IMG/VR virus record: IMGVR_UViG_2667527450_000001
Coordinates: 9,397 to 73,396 of that record
DNA: 64,000 nucleotides
Direction: 5' to 3' (one strand)
DNA from: a virus
Lineage: Duplodnaviria; Caudoviricetes
In this document: in pieces, positions 18,074 through 26,789 of the stretch
How the letters are laid out: each line of letters begins with the position of its first letter
Position numbering within the stretch: the first letter of the stretch is position 1
Position numbers and translations under genes: made by a program
The notes under the pieces: generated by a model
Seen by the model: only the letters and a program-made list of their open reading frames with translations
Told to the model about the DNA's origin: nothing
Database searches by the model: none

Positions 18074-18084
18074 TTAGCCCTCTG

Positions 18085-18142
18085 GGTGTCTTAAGGCGTC
18101 TTGGGACGATCCTTGACTTCGGCAGGTGTCTTAAGTCATTCT
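18085..18142 (+). promoter_or_regulatory. promoter with two GGTGTCTTAAG operator repeats
   Basis: Repeats at 18085 and 18125; TTGACT-N18-CATTCT. Confidence 0.7.
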
Positions 18143-18268
18143 AGAGCTGTGCCCGAGGACGTACACCGGGGCACAGGCCACTGTGCGCAAAAAGGCCCCA
18201 GCGGGGTCGTCGCGGTGCTCGCAACACCGCGCCCGCCAGGGCCACGCATCCTGAGATTGGAGTTCTCG

Positions 18269-18514
18269 ATGCACGACAACCCTACCGCGCAGGCGCCATC
18301 GCAGGTGGCGTCCTCGAAGCCTTACCGGGTCAAGGAAGTCGCTTCCACCCTTGGTGTCGACATCTCGACCGTGTACGCCGCGATCCACGAGGGCCAACTT
18401 GTCGCGTACCGCGTTGGCTCGGGCCGCGGAACCTTTCGTGTCCCCCGTTCAGCCCTCGCTGAGTACGCCGCAAAGCGCGGCATCCCCAGCGAATTGCTGG
18501 AGGTGGCCTCGTGA
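18269..18514 (+). CDS. excisionase-like HTH protein
   Basis: YRVKEVASTLGVDISTVYAAIHEGQLVAYRVG..FRVP. Confidence 0.85.
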   Translation: MHDNPTAQAPSQVASSKPYRVKEVASTLGVDISTVYAAIHEGQLVAYRVGSGRGTFRVPRSALAEYAAKRGIPSELLEVAS

Positions 18515-18903
18515 GCACCGCCCTCGTCGCACCACGCGCTTCCCGCTCGGTGCGCATCCTCGTCCGCGACGCGAAGGTCACCGTCGACTGCCCGGCGTGG
18601 TGCGTCGAGCCTCATACCGAGGTCTACCGGTCCCTGGAGGACGTCGCGCACCGCGGCAGTGAGATCGCTCTGTCGGTGCCCGTCTACGGCGGCGACACCG
18701 TGCAGGTTCTCACCGCCCGGATCGAGTCCTGGCCGTTCGCCGGCGACCCGCAGACGCAGAACCCCTTCTTCGCCTACAACCCGGCGAACGACGAGTTCGC
18801 GCAGATCACCCCCGAGGTGATGGCTGCCGCAGCCGACCAGGTCATCGCCCATGGGCATGCTCTCCTCGCCCTTGCCGCGACCATCGCCGGGGGTGCCCAG
18901 TGA
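18511..18903 (+). CDS. DUF6907-like protein
   Basis: CPAWCVEPH..DVAH motif. Confidence 0.6.
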   Translation: MSTALVAPRASRSVRILVRDAKVTVDCPAWCVEPHTEVYRSLEDVAHRGSEIALSVPVYGGDTVQVLTARIESWPFAGDPQTQNPFFAYNPANDEFAQITPEVMAAAADQVIAHGHALLALAATIAGGAQ

Positions 18904-19184
18904 GCACCGCTACCGCCCCCGCCATGTCGGCCGCGGACCGTGCCGCGCACCAGGCCGGATCGCACGTCCGTGTCTCGCTGGAGGTCCAGCGTGCTGTGGC
19001 CCGTTTCGAGACTGCCGCGCTGCGGGTGGAGGAACTGTCCGGGCTGGATGCCCGGGGCATGTCCGGCGCTCAGTTCGATTCGCTGGTTCTGGCGCAGGAC
19101 ACGATGGCTGAGTCCCGGCGGGTTCTGGAGCTGGCCGGCCTGCTGCACCTGATCGACACGGCCTCGAAGGCGGTGGCCCGATGA
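18900..19184 (+). CDS. hypothetical protein
   Basis: Coupled stop/start overlaps. Confidence 0.6.
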   Translation: MSTATAPAMSAADRAAHQAGSHVRVSLEVQRAVARFETAALRVEELSGLDARGMSGAQFDSLVLAQDTMAESRRVLELAGLLHLIDTASKAVAR

Positions 19185-19498
19185 CCGCTCTGGTTCCGTC
19201 CTCGTTTGCTGCCCCGTCGGGGGGTGAGGGCCTCGTCTCGTCGGTGGGTGCGGCTCGGCCGGGTTCGTTGGTGGCCTTGCGGGGTGTGATCACTGGTGTG
19301 GGCGTGAGTGTGTCCACGTTGACGGTGACGGTGTCGGATGGGGCGGGGTCGGTCTCGATTCACGTTCCGTCGGAGGTGTGGCGGGGTCTGGGTCGTGATG
19401 CGTTCGGTCTGGGTCTGGTGATGTCGCTGGTTGGCTGCAAGCAGGCCGGCTTTGTGTTCGCTGTCCGTGTCGCTTTCGACGGGGTGGTGGGGTCGTGA
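19181..19498 (+). CDS. hypothetical OB-fold-like protein
   Basis: VALRGVITGV..LTVTVSDGAGSVSI; coupled. Confidence 0.5.
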   Translation: MTALVPSSFAAPSGGEGLVSSVGAARPGSLVALRGVITGVGVSVSTLTVTVSDGAGSVSIHVPSEVWRGLGRDAFGLGLVMSLVGCKQAGFVFAVRVAFDGVVGS

Positions 19499-19866
19499 GC
19501 AAGTGGTCCTGCCCGTGGGCGACGACGCACGCGAATGGTCTGGTGACGTCTGGTTCGACGGAGCCGGTGCTCACTGTCCTGGAGGTTCGCGGCTTTCAGC
19601 TCCGCGACATGTTTCTGATCGGCTTCAACCCGGATTGTGGGTCGATCGTGGTCGAGGAGGAGGCGCGGGCCTGGGAGGTCAAGGCGGCGTTGGAGCCGGC
19701 GTATCGGGTGACCGTCAAGCGGGATCCCGATGGTGATTGGGTCGCTGATTTTGATCGGCGGGAGCTGGATGGGTCTGTGCCGGACTGGTTTGGTCGGACG
19801 ATTGCTCTGGCTGACGGCACTGTGGTGATGCGGGATGGTCGTTGGGTCGGGAAGGGCGGTTCGTGA
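19495..19866 (+). CDS. hypothetical protein
   Basis: Coupled overlaps. Confidence 0.55.
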   Translation: MSKWSCPWATTHANGLVTSGSTEPVLTVLEVRGFQLRDMFLIGFNPDCGSIVVEEEARAWEVKAALEPAYRVTVKRDPDGDWVADFDRRELDGSVPDWFGRTIALADGTVVMRDGRWVGKGGS

Positions 19867-20195
19867 TGTCGACTGCTGCTGCCCCGTTCCCGGGTGACTC
19901 CGATCCGTCGGTGGCGGAGGCTCTGCGCCGCATCACGGATCCGACTGCGCGTCTCGCCGAGGTCGATGAGTCCCGAGCCGACCGTTGTGTGGTCGCGACG
20001 ATGTCTCTGCTGGATCGTGGCGCGTCGGTCGACTATGTCGAGCCGTTGCGTTCTCGGGCTCGCCGGCAGTTCGCGGAGGCTGCTGCTGCGACGGAGCAGC
20101 CGACGTGGCGGTGCCGTGAGTGCGACACGTACAACGGCTGGTCTGACGAGTTCTGCATGGTGTGTGACTCCAAGCGTCCGACCGGGTTGTGGTGA
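19866..20195 (+). CDS. protein with C-terminal RanBP2-like Zn finger
   Basis: WRCRECDTYN..FCMVCDSKRP. Confidence 0.65.
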   Translation: MSTAAAPFPGDSDPSVAEALRRITDPTARLAEVDESRADRCVVATMSLLDRGASVDYVEPLRSRARRQFAEAAAATEQPTWRCRECDTYNGWSDEFCMVCDSKRPTGLW

Positions 20196-20515
20196 CCGTG
20201 GCCGCCGAGACAGAGCCTGAGCCGCAGCATGACCGGGCCGAGCCGCCGCGTGAGATTCCGCCGCTTCAGCAGCGTGTTCCTGGTGGTTCGTTGTGAGCGC
20301 GGACGACGAGACGCGTCGTCGTATTGAGTCGATCCGTCGGTCCGAGGCTGCCGCTCGTCGAGCTGAGGCGGCACGCAAGAAGCTTGAGGCCGAACGCCGT
20401 TCCGGCCGTTCCTAGTTCCCGTGCCCCGGGGTTGACCGCACGTCCCCGGGCGCGGTCCCTCCCCGCATCACTCAATCCCATTCGTGCACCACCTTCGCCG
20501 AAAGGTCATGCCGTC

Positions 20516-20623
20516 ATGCCTTCTTCTGCCCGCACCAGCAACTCCACTTGGCCCGAGGGCGTCATTGCCCGCTACCTCACCGCCATCGGGCCCGGTCGAT
20601 GGGAACGCGGCCGGGCCCACTGA
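20516..20623 (+). pseudogene. truncated N-terminus of an AICE-type small protein
   Basis: MPSSAR..WPEGVIARYLT then runs into a hairpin and a stop. Confidence 0.45.
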
Positions 20624-20636
20624 GAGGAGCGATCCG

Positions 20637-20894
20637 ATGTTGTCCCAGTACAAGGCCCGCCAGCGCCACCAGAAGATCATGCGCGTCGCCCACCACCTGC
20701 TTCGCGAGGCGGCCGACCGGCGCCGCCCGGAGTCCCTGCGCTACAACCCTGCCGCCGTTGACGTCACTGCCCAGGACGTCGTCGCCTTCGCCTTCGGTCG
20801 CCACCAGCTCGACGTGGACGTCGACGAGGCGCAGAAGTTCCTCGACGCAGCCCGCGTCTCTCGCGGCGAGACCGCCGCCCCGGCTACCGCCTGA
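20637..20894 (+). CDS. hypothetical protein
   Basis: GAGGAG RBS. Confidence 0.65.
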   Translation: MLSQYKARQRHQKIMRVAHHLLREAADRRRPESLRYNPAAVDVTAQDVVAFAFGRHQLDVDVDEAQKFLDAARVSRGETAAPATA

Positions 20895-20940
20895 CCCCAA
20901 GCCCCATCCACCGCCCACTTCTTCTGAGAGGACCACCGTC

Positions 20941-21117
20941 ATGCCCGAGAACACTCGCATCGCCTACCTGAACGAGTACCGCGACGCCGTCGCCAAGGGG
21001 GACCTGGACCGGCAGCTGGGCATCCAGCTCGCTGCGCTCGATCTGGACCAGGCGGATCCCGACGGGCCCCGGCTCATGGACGAGATCCGCGGCTTCCGTC
21101 AGCCGGCCGCCGCCTGA
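20941..21117 (+). CDS. small hypothetical protein
   Basis: GAGGA RBS. Confidence 0.6.
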   Translation: MPENTRIAYLNEYRDAVAKGDLDRQLGIQLAALDLDQADPDGPRLMDEIRGFRQPAAA

Positions 21118-21290
21118 TGTCCGCCGCCGTCCGAGCCGCCCGCAAGGTCGACGCCTACCTCGGCCCGGTCGAGCGGGGTGAGGCCCCGAAGCCCGGCGCA
21201 GCCCAGGCTGCCGGCCTCGCGATCCGCACCGCCGTCCGAGCGGGCATCAGCCCCGCCCAGATCAACGCCGCCCGCACCACCAACCGCTGA
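21117..21290 (+). CDS. small hypothetical protein (57 aa, not in ORF track)
   Basis: TGATG coupling; MSAAVRAARKVDAYL. Confidence 0.55.
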   Translation: MSAAVRAARKVDAYLGPVERGEAPKPGAAQAAGLAIRTAVRAGISPAQINAARTTNR

Positions 21291-21300
21291 AGGAGACCGT

Positions 21301-21480
21301 ATGTCGCGTTTGAAGAAGGCCGCCGAGGAGCTGCGCAACGACGCTGCCCGGAACCGGGCTGTCGGCCGTGACGAGCAGGCGGCGCGCCAAGAGGCCCGCG
21401 CCCGCGAGCTGGAGTCCGGTCGCGTGACCGACCGCACCGACGACGTACTCGCCATCGTCCGCTTCGGCCTCCGCCGCTGA
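21301..21480 (+). CDS. small helical protein
   Basis: AAGGAG RBS. Confidence 0.6.
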   Translation: MSRLKKAAEELRNDAARNRAVGRDEQAARQEARARELESGRVTDRTDDVLAIVRFGLRR

Positions 21481-21530
21481 CCAGTTGCCCGATCCGCCCG
21501 TCCCGCACGGGCGGTGAGGGGAGCCGGCCA
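21481..21530 (+). repeat. intergenic hairpin repeat, copy A
   Basis: GTTGCCC-N3-CCGCCCG-TCCCGCA-CGGGCGG-TGAGGGGAGCC. Confidence 0.7.
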
Positions 21531-21579
21531 GCCGAACCCGCCACCACCCCTACCGCATCAACGAGTTGAGGAGACCGTC

Positions 21580-21921
21580 ATGACCGAATGGGAACGCAGC
21601 AAGCGCGGTGCGAAGAAGTTTGCCCGCGAGGTAGAGCTAGGCAAGACGTACTACATCATCATGACCTCCACCAATCCGTGGGGCGACGAACCGGTCTGGA
21701 CGAGCTATGTCTTCGACCATCGTCAGGTGTTCACCGGTGGGGCGATGAGCGGTTCCATGTCCGCCGAGGGGCTGTGCCTCAACTACGGTCCGGTGTACGA
21801 CGAGAAGCCCGGCTCCCACATCCGTCCGATGTGTGAGCGGGACGACGACCAGCTGTACGCGACGCCCGCGGACATCGTCCAGGTCCGCAAGTCCCGCGAC
21901 AAGAAGCCGGCGCGCCGCTGA
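21580..21921 (+). CDS. hypothetical protein
   Basis: GAGGAG RBS. Confidence 0.65.
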   Translation: MTEWERSKRGAKKFAREVELGKTYYIIMTSTNPWGDEPVWTSYVFDHRQVFTGGAMSGSMSAEGLCLNYGPVYDEKPGSHIRPMCERDDDQLYATPADIVQVRKSRDKKPARR

Positions 21922-22208
21922 TGGCCGCGGTCACCGTTGGTACGGGGATCCGGCCGGAGAGCACGACGTGCTGCGGCCGGCAGCTGGCTCCCTATGACCG
22001 TTTCGGAAAGCTTGTGTACTTCTCGAAGCTGCGGACGGACCGGTGGCTGTGCCAGTTCTGTCACTGCTTCCTGCGGGTGGCTATGAGCGGCTTTGCGCCT
22101 CGCGGTCTGCTCTTGGTGACCGAGGCCAACACCGATGCCTGCCGGCGAGGTCATCGCGCGCCTGCCGTGCCCGACTTCTTCGTCGACCCGGAAGCGAACC
22201 CCGCGTGA
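21921..22208 (+). CDS. Cys-rich hypothetical protein
   Basis: TGATG coupling; CCG..CQFC. Confidence 0.5.
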   Translation: MAAVTVGTGIRPESTTCCGRQLAPYDRFGKLVYFSKLRTDRWLCQFCHCFLRVAMSGFAPRGLLLVTEANTDACRRGHRAPAVPDFFVDPEANPA

Positions 22209-22248
22209 TGTGCAGGGACTACTGACCACTACCCCAGAGGAGATCAAC

Positions 22249-22452
22249 ATGTTCGGACGGAAGACCGACGTCGAGAAGCGGGCCATCGCCGAGATGCGCG
22301 AGGCCGATCGGAAGCTCAATGAGAACAGCGACCGTGAGCGTCGGGCCGGCATCCGCCACGAGACGCCCGAGTACCAGCGCCTCAACCGAATCGCCAACGA
22401 GAAGGCCGCCGAGGTGCCCCGCATGTTCGGCGGCACAAAGCGCGGACGCTGA
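22249..22452 (+). CDS. small hypothetical protein
   Basis: GAGGAG RBS; ETPEYQRLN. Confidence 0.65.
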   Translation: MFGRKTDVEKRAIAEMREADRKLNENSDRERRAGIRHETPEYQRLNRIANEKAAEVPRMFGGTKRGR

Positions 22453-22460
22453 CCGCGCGT

Positions 22461-22510
22461 CGGTAGCCCCCGCCGCCGGTCTCGTACCGGCGGTGAGGGG
22501 AGCCAGGCAG
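22461..22510 (+). repeat. intergenic hairpin repeat, copy B
   Basis: GGTAGCCC-N3-CCGCCGG-TCTCGTA-CCGGCGG-TGAGGGGAGCC. Confidence 0.7.
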
Positions 22511-22540
22511 GCCCCGCACTCACACAGGAGGTTGAACGTT

Positions 22541-22738
22541 ATGGCGAAGCGCTGGACCTGGAATGCAACCGTCGTCGAAGAGAAGCACGGCACGCGCCGC
22601 GTCGGGTCGGCGATGGGAGAGGTCGAGGCCCCCACGCGAGAGGCGGCACGCGCCAAAGCGCGCCGCAGCATCGAGGGCAAGGGCACAGGCCGTACCGCCC
22701 ACGGTGTGCAGGTTTTTGAGGGCGGCTGCGGGAACTGA
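22541..22738 (+). CDS. small hypothetical protein
   Basis: AGGAGG RBS. Confidence 0.6.
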   Translation: MAKRWTWNATVVEEKHGTRRVGSAMGEVEAPTREAARAKARRSIEGKGTGRTAHGVQVFEGGCGN

Positions 22739-22780
22739 CCGCCCAACCCCGCTCGACCGTGAGCCCCGCTATCCCGCTCG

Positions 22781-22820
22781 CCGGTAGCCCTCGGTCCGCG
22801 TCTCGCACGCGGGCCCTGGA
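22781..22820 (+). repeat. intergenic hairpin repeat, copy C
   Basis: GGTAGCCC-N2-GGTCCGCG-TCTCGCA-CGCGGGCC. Confidence 0.65.
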
Positions 22821-22832
22821 GATCCGACGCAG

Positions 22833-22866
22833 CACCCCACCCCACACCCCACCCCACACCCCACCC
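22833..22866. repeat. 12-bp tandem repeat CACCCCACCCCA, about 2.8 copies
   Basis: Read directly from the sequence. Confidence 0.85.
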
Positions 22867-22896
22867 GACCCTCACTTCTCCCTTGAAGGACTCGTC

Positions 22897-23112
22897 ATGC
22901 GTCTCGGCATTTTGATCGGTCTGACCCGAGCCCGGGTCGCCCTGATGATCGCCGGGCTGGCCTGGTTCATGGGCCTGTCCGCCCCGGTCGGCATACGCAT
23001 CCTCATCGCCGGCCTCGTCCTGGCCGGCATCGCCGGAGACGGCGCCGTCGAGGATCACCGCACCAAGACCCCCACCACCACGTCGACCTCCGACTACCGA
23101 ACCGCCGCCTGA
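22897..23112 (+). CDS. small membrane protein (Spd-like)
   Basis: Two hydrophobic segments; upstream of the spd/tra genes. Confidence 0.65.
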   Translation: MRLGILIGLTRARVALMIAGLAWFMGLSAPVGIRILIAGLVLAGIAGDGAVEDHRTKTPTTTSTSDYRTAA

Positions 23113-23147
23113 CCGGCCCCCCTCACCAGTAAGGAAGGAGAAGCCCG

Positions 23148-24440
23148 ATGACCACCGTCATCGAAGGCAAGGCCACTACCGACACGCAGTTCGATCCGAT
23201 CGCCCTGGCCGAGGCGGCAGCGATCCGTACCCGCGCCGAGTCCGAGGCTGAAGCCCGCCGTATCGAGGCCGAGGGCAAGGCCGAAGCCGACAAGATCACG
23301 GCGACGGAGGAAGCCGAGAAGCTGCGCATCGCCAACGAGCGCGCCGCGATGCGGTTGGAAAAGGAGAGGGCCGACCACCAGGCGCACCTTGCTAAGAAGG
23401 CCGCTGACACCGCGAAGTCCAACGCCGAGGAAGCAAAGGCGAAGAAGGCCCAGGAGGAAGACGCCGAGCGTGAGGCACAGCAGCTGGCCGAGCAGGAGCG
23501 CTCCGAGCGGTACTGGAAGTGGGGTGCCCGCGGCATCTACGCCGTCGGCCTGATCATCGCCGCGCCCGTGCAGTTCATGCACTTCTGGGACCGCGAGCGT
23601 CCGTTCCTCATCGCCGCGCCTGCCCTGCTTGAGGGGCTCGCCCTGGTGCTGGCGTTCGGCGCCGCGTGGGCGGTTGCTCACCGTCGCGACGTCGCTCCGT
23701 ACCGGGTCGGCATCATGCTCGGCGCCATCATCGCTGCCGGCATCAACCTGTACGGCGGTTGGACCGATCCCGCGATCGGGTTCAACGCCGGACTCATCGG
23801 GGCCATCGCTTCCCTCGGCGGTCCGATCGTCCTCATGGCCTACGAACACGGCGTCGCCCAGAAGGCGGACGGCATTCCGTCTTGGCGGGAGAAGCGCGCG
23901 GCCGAAAGCGAGAAGAAGCGTGCAGCCGAAGAACGGCAGAAGGCTAAGGAGGAGAAGGCCACGGCGGAAGAGCGGGCTGCTGCCCAGAAGGCCGCCCAGC
24001 AGGAGCGCGATAGGGGAGAGCAGGCTCGTAAGGATAAGGATCGGCGTGAGCACCACGCGGACGTGTGGGAAGTCGCTGAGGCTCTGCGTTCTGCCCGCGG
24101 TTCGAGCGTGGTGACGGAGCAGATTTGGGCTGACGCCTGGTACCGGGTGACGGGGTCGAAGGTCGTCGGTGTCCGGCCCGAACTGGAGGCTGAGAGCCGG
24201 GCGGCTCAGGCCCGGATGAAGATGGCGTCCGAGGTGCCGATTCTTGGCCAGTTCTCGCACGTCGAATCCCAAAAGGGCCCCGGGTCGAAGAGGGCTCCCG
24301 GGACCCCCGATGGGCGGCGCTCCAACGGTGGCACCCCGCCCCTCAGGCGGGCCGGTGACGCCCAACCGTACTGCGATGCCGCGAAGAAGCAGGCGGCTCT
24401 CGAACAAGCCGACACGGCGTCATCTAACAAGACCATCTGA
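23148..24440 (+). CDS. coiled-coil plus four-TM spread protein (SpdB/DUF2637-like)
   Basis: N-terminal coiled coil, four TM segments, charged C-domain; immediately before traB. Confidence 0.7.
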   Translation: MTTVIEGKATTDTQFDPIALAEAAAIRTRAESEAEARRIEAEGKAEADKITATEEAEKLRIANERAAMRLEKERADHQAHLAKKAADTAKSNAEEAKAKKAQEEDAEREAQQLAEQERSERYWKWGARGIYAVGLIIAAPVQFMHFWDRERPFLIAAPALLEGLALVLAFGAAWAVAHRRDVAPYRVGIMLGAIIAAGINLYGGWTDPAIGFNAGLIGAIASLGGPIVLMAYEHGVAQKADGIPSWREKRAAESEKKRAAEERQKAKEEKATAEERAAAQKAAQQERDRGEQARKDKDRREHHADVWEVAEALRSARGSSVVTEQIWADAWYRVTGSKVVGVRPELEAESRAAQARMKMASEVPILGQFSHVESQKGPGSKRAPGTPDGRRSNGGTPPLRRAGDAQPYCDAAKKQAALEQADTASSNKTI

Positions 24441-24451
24441 GGAGCGTTTCG

Positions 24452-26569
24452 ATGGCTATTCACACTCCCTCTGCGGACACTGAAGAACTCGTGCGGCCGA
24501 CCCTGAGCCTCGTCAAGAACACCCCTGTCGAGGGCGCGGTCGTCGAGCATCAGGGTGAGAAGCGCCCGGTGTGGATCCACTCGCAGAGGGCTCTGCGTCA
24601 CGTGCTCGATAACCGTCTGTACATCGGCTGGTCGTTGCGCGGGTACCGGGAACTGGGCCGACGGTGGCTGGAGGCGCGGCGAGATGACCACCCGCAGATG
24701 ATCGAGAGCGCGCGTCTCGCGCTTCGCGCTGCCAAGCGCAACCTGGACCGTGAGGCGGAGATGCGGGACCTCCTCACCGAACGGCGGGAGGCGTACAGGC
24801 GCCACAAGCGGATCATGGTCGCTAAGACCGGTGGCTGGGCCGCTGCCATCACAGCTGGCGCCACCGTAGGCGCTGTCACGGGCGGCCCCGTGGTCGACCT
24901 CCTCATGGGGCTCGGCGCCATGGCCCTCGGCGCCTGCCACGGCCGGCCCGAGCCGGCGGACGACATCGAGGAACCGAACCAGCAGGAGCGGGAGATCGAA
25001 GCCGGGCCTCAGGACGACGTGGCTCCGGCCCCCGCCCCGGCCGCCGCCGAGCGGGCCTTCGACGCTCCGCCGCCCCCGGCCCTCACGATCGAGGAGCTGG
25101 ACACGGCGCTGCGCGAGATCGGCATCGTCAAGGGGCGTGAGCAGATCACTGTCCTCGCGCCACCCGAGCGCGGCGAAGACGGCAACACCACCGCCGTCTT
25201 CGACCTCCCCGCCCGCGTCACCGTCGCCATGCTCCTGAAGCAACTGGAAGCCCTCGCCGGAGCTCTCGGTCGCGACTCATCGATGATCGACGTGGTCAAG
25301 GCCGGCACCGAACGCCGCGTCTCCCTGTGGATGACCGACGCCAACCCCTTCGGGACGCCGCGCCCGTCCCCCCTGCTGGTTCTGCGAGGCGCCATCGACG
25401 CCTGGAAGAACGGCGTGCCCGTCGCGTGGAACAAGCGCGGCATCACGATCCGGCTGGTCATCAACAACAGCTCGTTTGTCATCGCTGGCATGACCCGCTC
25501 CGGCAAGGGCGTCGGAGCTTCCAACTTGGTCGTGGGCGCCGCCTTTGATCCCCGGATCAACCTGCGGATCGTGGCCGGAAAGAACAACGGCGAATGGGAC
25601 GCCTACGCCAAGACCGGGATCGCTTCCACGTACTTCAAGCCCAGCCCTGAGCGGCTCCTCGCCCTGCTGAAGGGGCTGTTGGCGGACAAGGACCGGCGTG
25701 AGGCCGAGCTGGGCAGGCTCGGCAAGTCCAAGCTTGTGGAGTCTGCCATCGAGCACATTGGCGGGCTGGAGCTGCTGGTCATCGACGAGCTGGCCACGTA
25801 CACGCGGCCGGGTAAGCCGCTGCGTGACGAGATCCTGGAAGCTCTGATCGAGCTGTCTGCCGTTGCTGCTGGCGCGGGCATCCTCTTGGTGCTCATCACG
25901 CAGTACCCCGAGGTCGATGTGATCCCGCAGGCGCTCGCGATGAACTGCGGTACCAAGTGGGCGATGCGCGTGGACAACGCGGATCAGTCCAACGCCATCC
26001 TCGGCAAGGGCTCATCTGGTGCGGGCCGTGACGCTTCCAAGTTCGATCCGCCGCGGCCCGGTCTGGGCTGGCTGGTGAACCCCTTCGCCGGGGTCACCGA
26101 CAAGGCCCGTAGCTTCGACCTGGACGAGGACGAGCGGGGTGAAATCACCGTGCTGCTGGAGCGGGCCGCGAAGATCCGCGAGCAGGCGGGCCGTCTCGCC
26201 GGGCAGTGGGATGACGCGATCGAGAGGCAGCTAGTCAATACGACCGGCCTGTCGTCGACAGCCGGCGGGCCGAAGCGGGACGGTGTGCCCGGCCGCCAGG
26301 TCCTCAACCACACGCCGGAGCAGAAGCACCAGATCGCATGCTGCCGTGAGGCTCTGGTGGCGATGGATGAGCTCGGGCGGGATGTGGCGCAGCTGGAAGA
26401 GATGGCGCAGCTCATCGGCGCTATCGCCGGAGACGACCTTGGCAAGGCCCTGCGTGCGGCCGGCGCCGGAGGCACCGTGAAGATCACGTTGCCGGGTCGT
26501 GAGGGGCAGGTGCGCGGCTACCGGCGAGACGACATCAAGGACGCGCTGGACCTGCTGCTTGGTGCATAG
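24452..26569 (+). CDS. traB: TraB-like FtsK/SpoIIIE DNA translocase
   Basis: TM segments, Walker A IAGMTRSGKG, Walker B LLVIDE, ITQYP, C-terminal wHTH-like LGKALRAAG..VRGYRRDDI. Confidence 0.85.
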   Translation: MAIHTPSADTEELVRPTLSLVKNTPVEGAVVEHQGEKRPVWIHSQRALRHVLDNRLYIGWSLRGYRELGRRWLEARRDDHPQMIESARLALRAAKRNLDREAEMRDLLTERREAYRRHKRIMVAKTGGWAAAITAGATVGAVTGGPVVDLLMGLGAMALGACHGRPEPADDIEEPNQQEREIEAGPQDDVAPAPAPAAAERAFDAPPPPALTIEELDTALREIGIVKGREQITVLAPPERGEDGNTTAVFDLPARVTVAMLLKQLEALAGALGRDSSMIDVVKAGTERRVSLWMTDANPFGTPRPSPLLVLRGAIDAWKNGVPVAWNKRGITIRLVINNSSFVIAGMTRSGKGVGASNLVVGAAFDPRINLRIVAGKNNGEWDAYAKTGIASTYFKPSPERLLALLKGLLADKDRREAELGRLGKSKLVESAIEHIGGLELLVIDELATYTRPGKPLRDEILEALIELSAVAAGAGILLVLITQYPEVDVIPQALAMNCGTKWAMRVDNADQSNAILGKGSSGAGRDASKFDPPRPGLGWLVNPFAGVTDKARSFDLDEDERGEITVLLERAAKIREQAGRLAGQWDDAIERQLVNTTGLSSTAGGPKRDGVPGRQVLNHTPEQKHQIACCREALVAMDELGRDVAQLEEMAQLIGAIAGDDLGKALRAAGAGGTVKITLPGREGQVRGYRRDDIKDALDLLLGA

Positions 26570-26585
26570 GTGCCCGCTTTGCCCG

Positions 26586-26721
26586 GTCTTGCGGGGTGGA
26601 TATCACACCGTTTGCTCCGTCTTTCGGGGTGGCTGGTGGGTGGATCCCATCCGGCTGCCATCCGCCATCGCGGATCCCCTCTCCACCCCGCAAGACGTGT
26701 CAAACCATGTCATATCCACCC
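26586..26721. repeat. clt-like repeat locus downstream of traB
   Basis: 15-bp inverted repeat GTCTTGCGGGGTGGA (26586/26682); GGGTGGAT at 26594, 26638 and inverted at 26714; variant at 26619. Confidence 0.65.
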
Positions 26722-26789
26722 TGCTGGGGCCCTGATGACGCCCAGCGACGGACCACGCGACACGAAACGATCACAAGGAGAAGCGCACG

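Noticed and set aside
21481-22866. CRISPR array suggested by recurring repeats
   Set aside because: Repeats are degenerate, irregularly spaced and separated by whole genes; no cas genes seen
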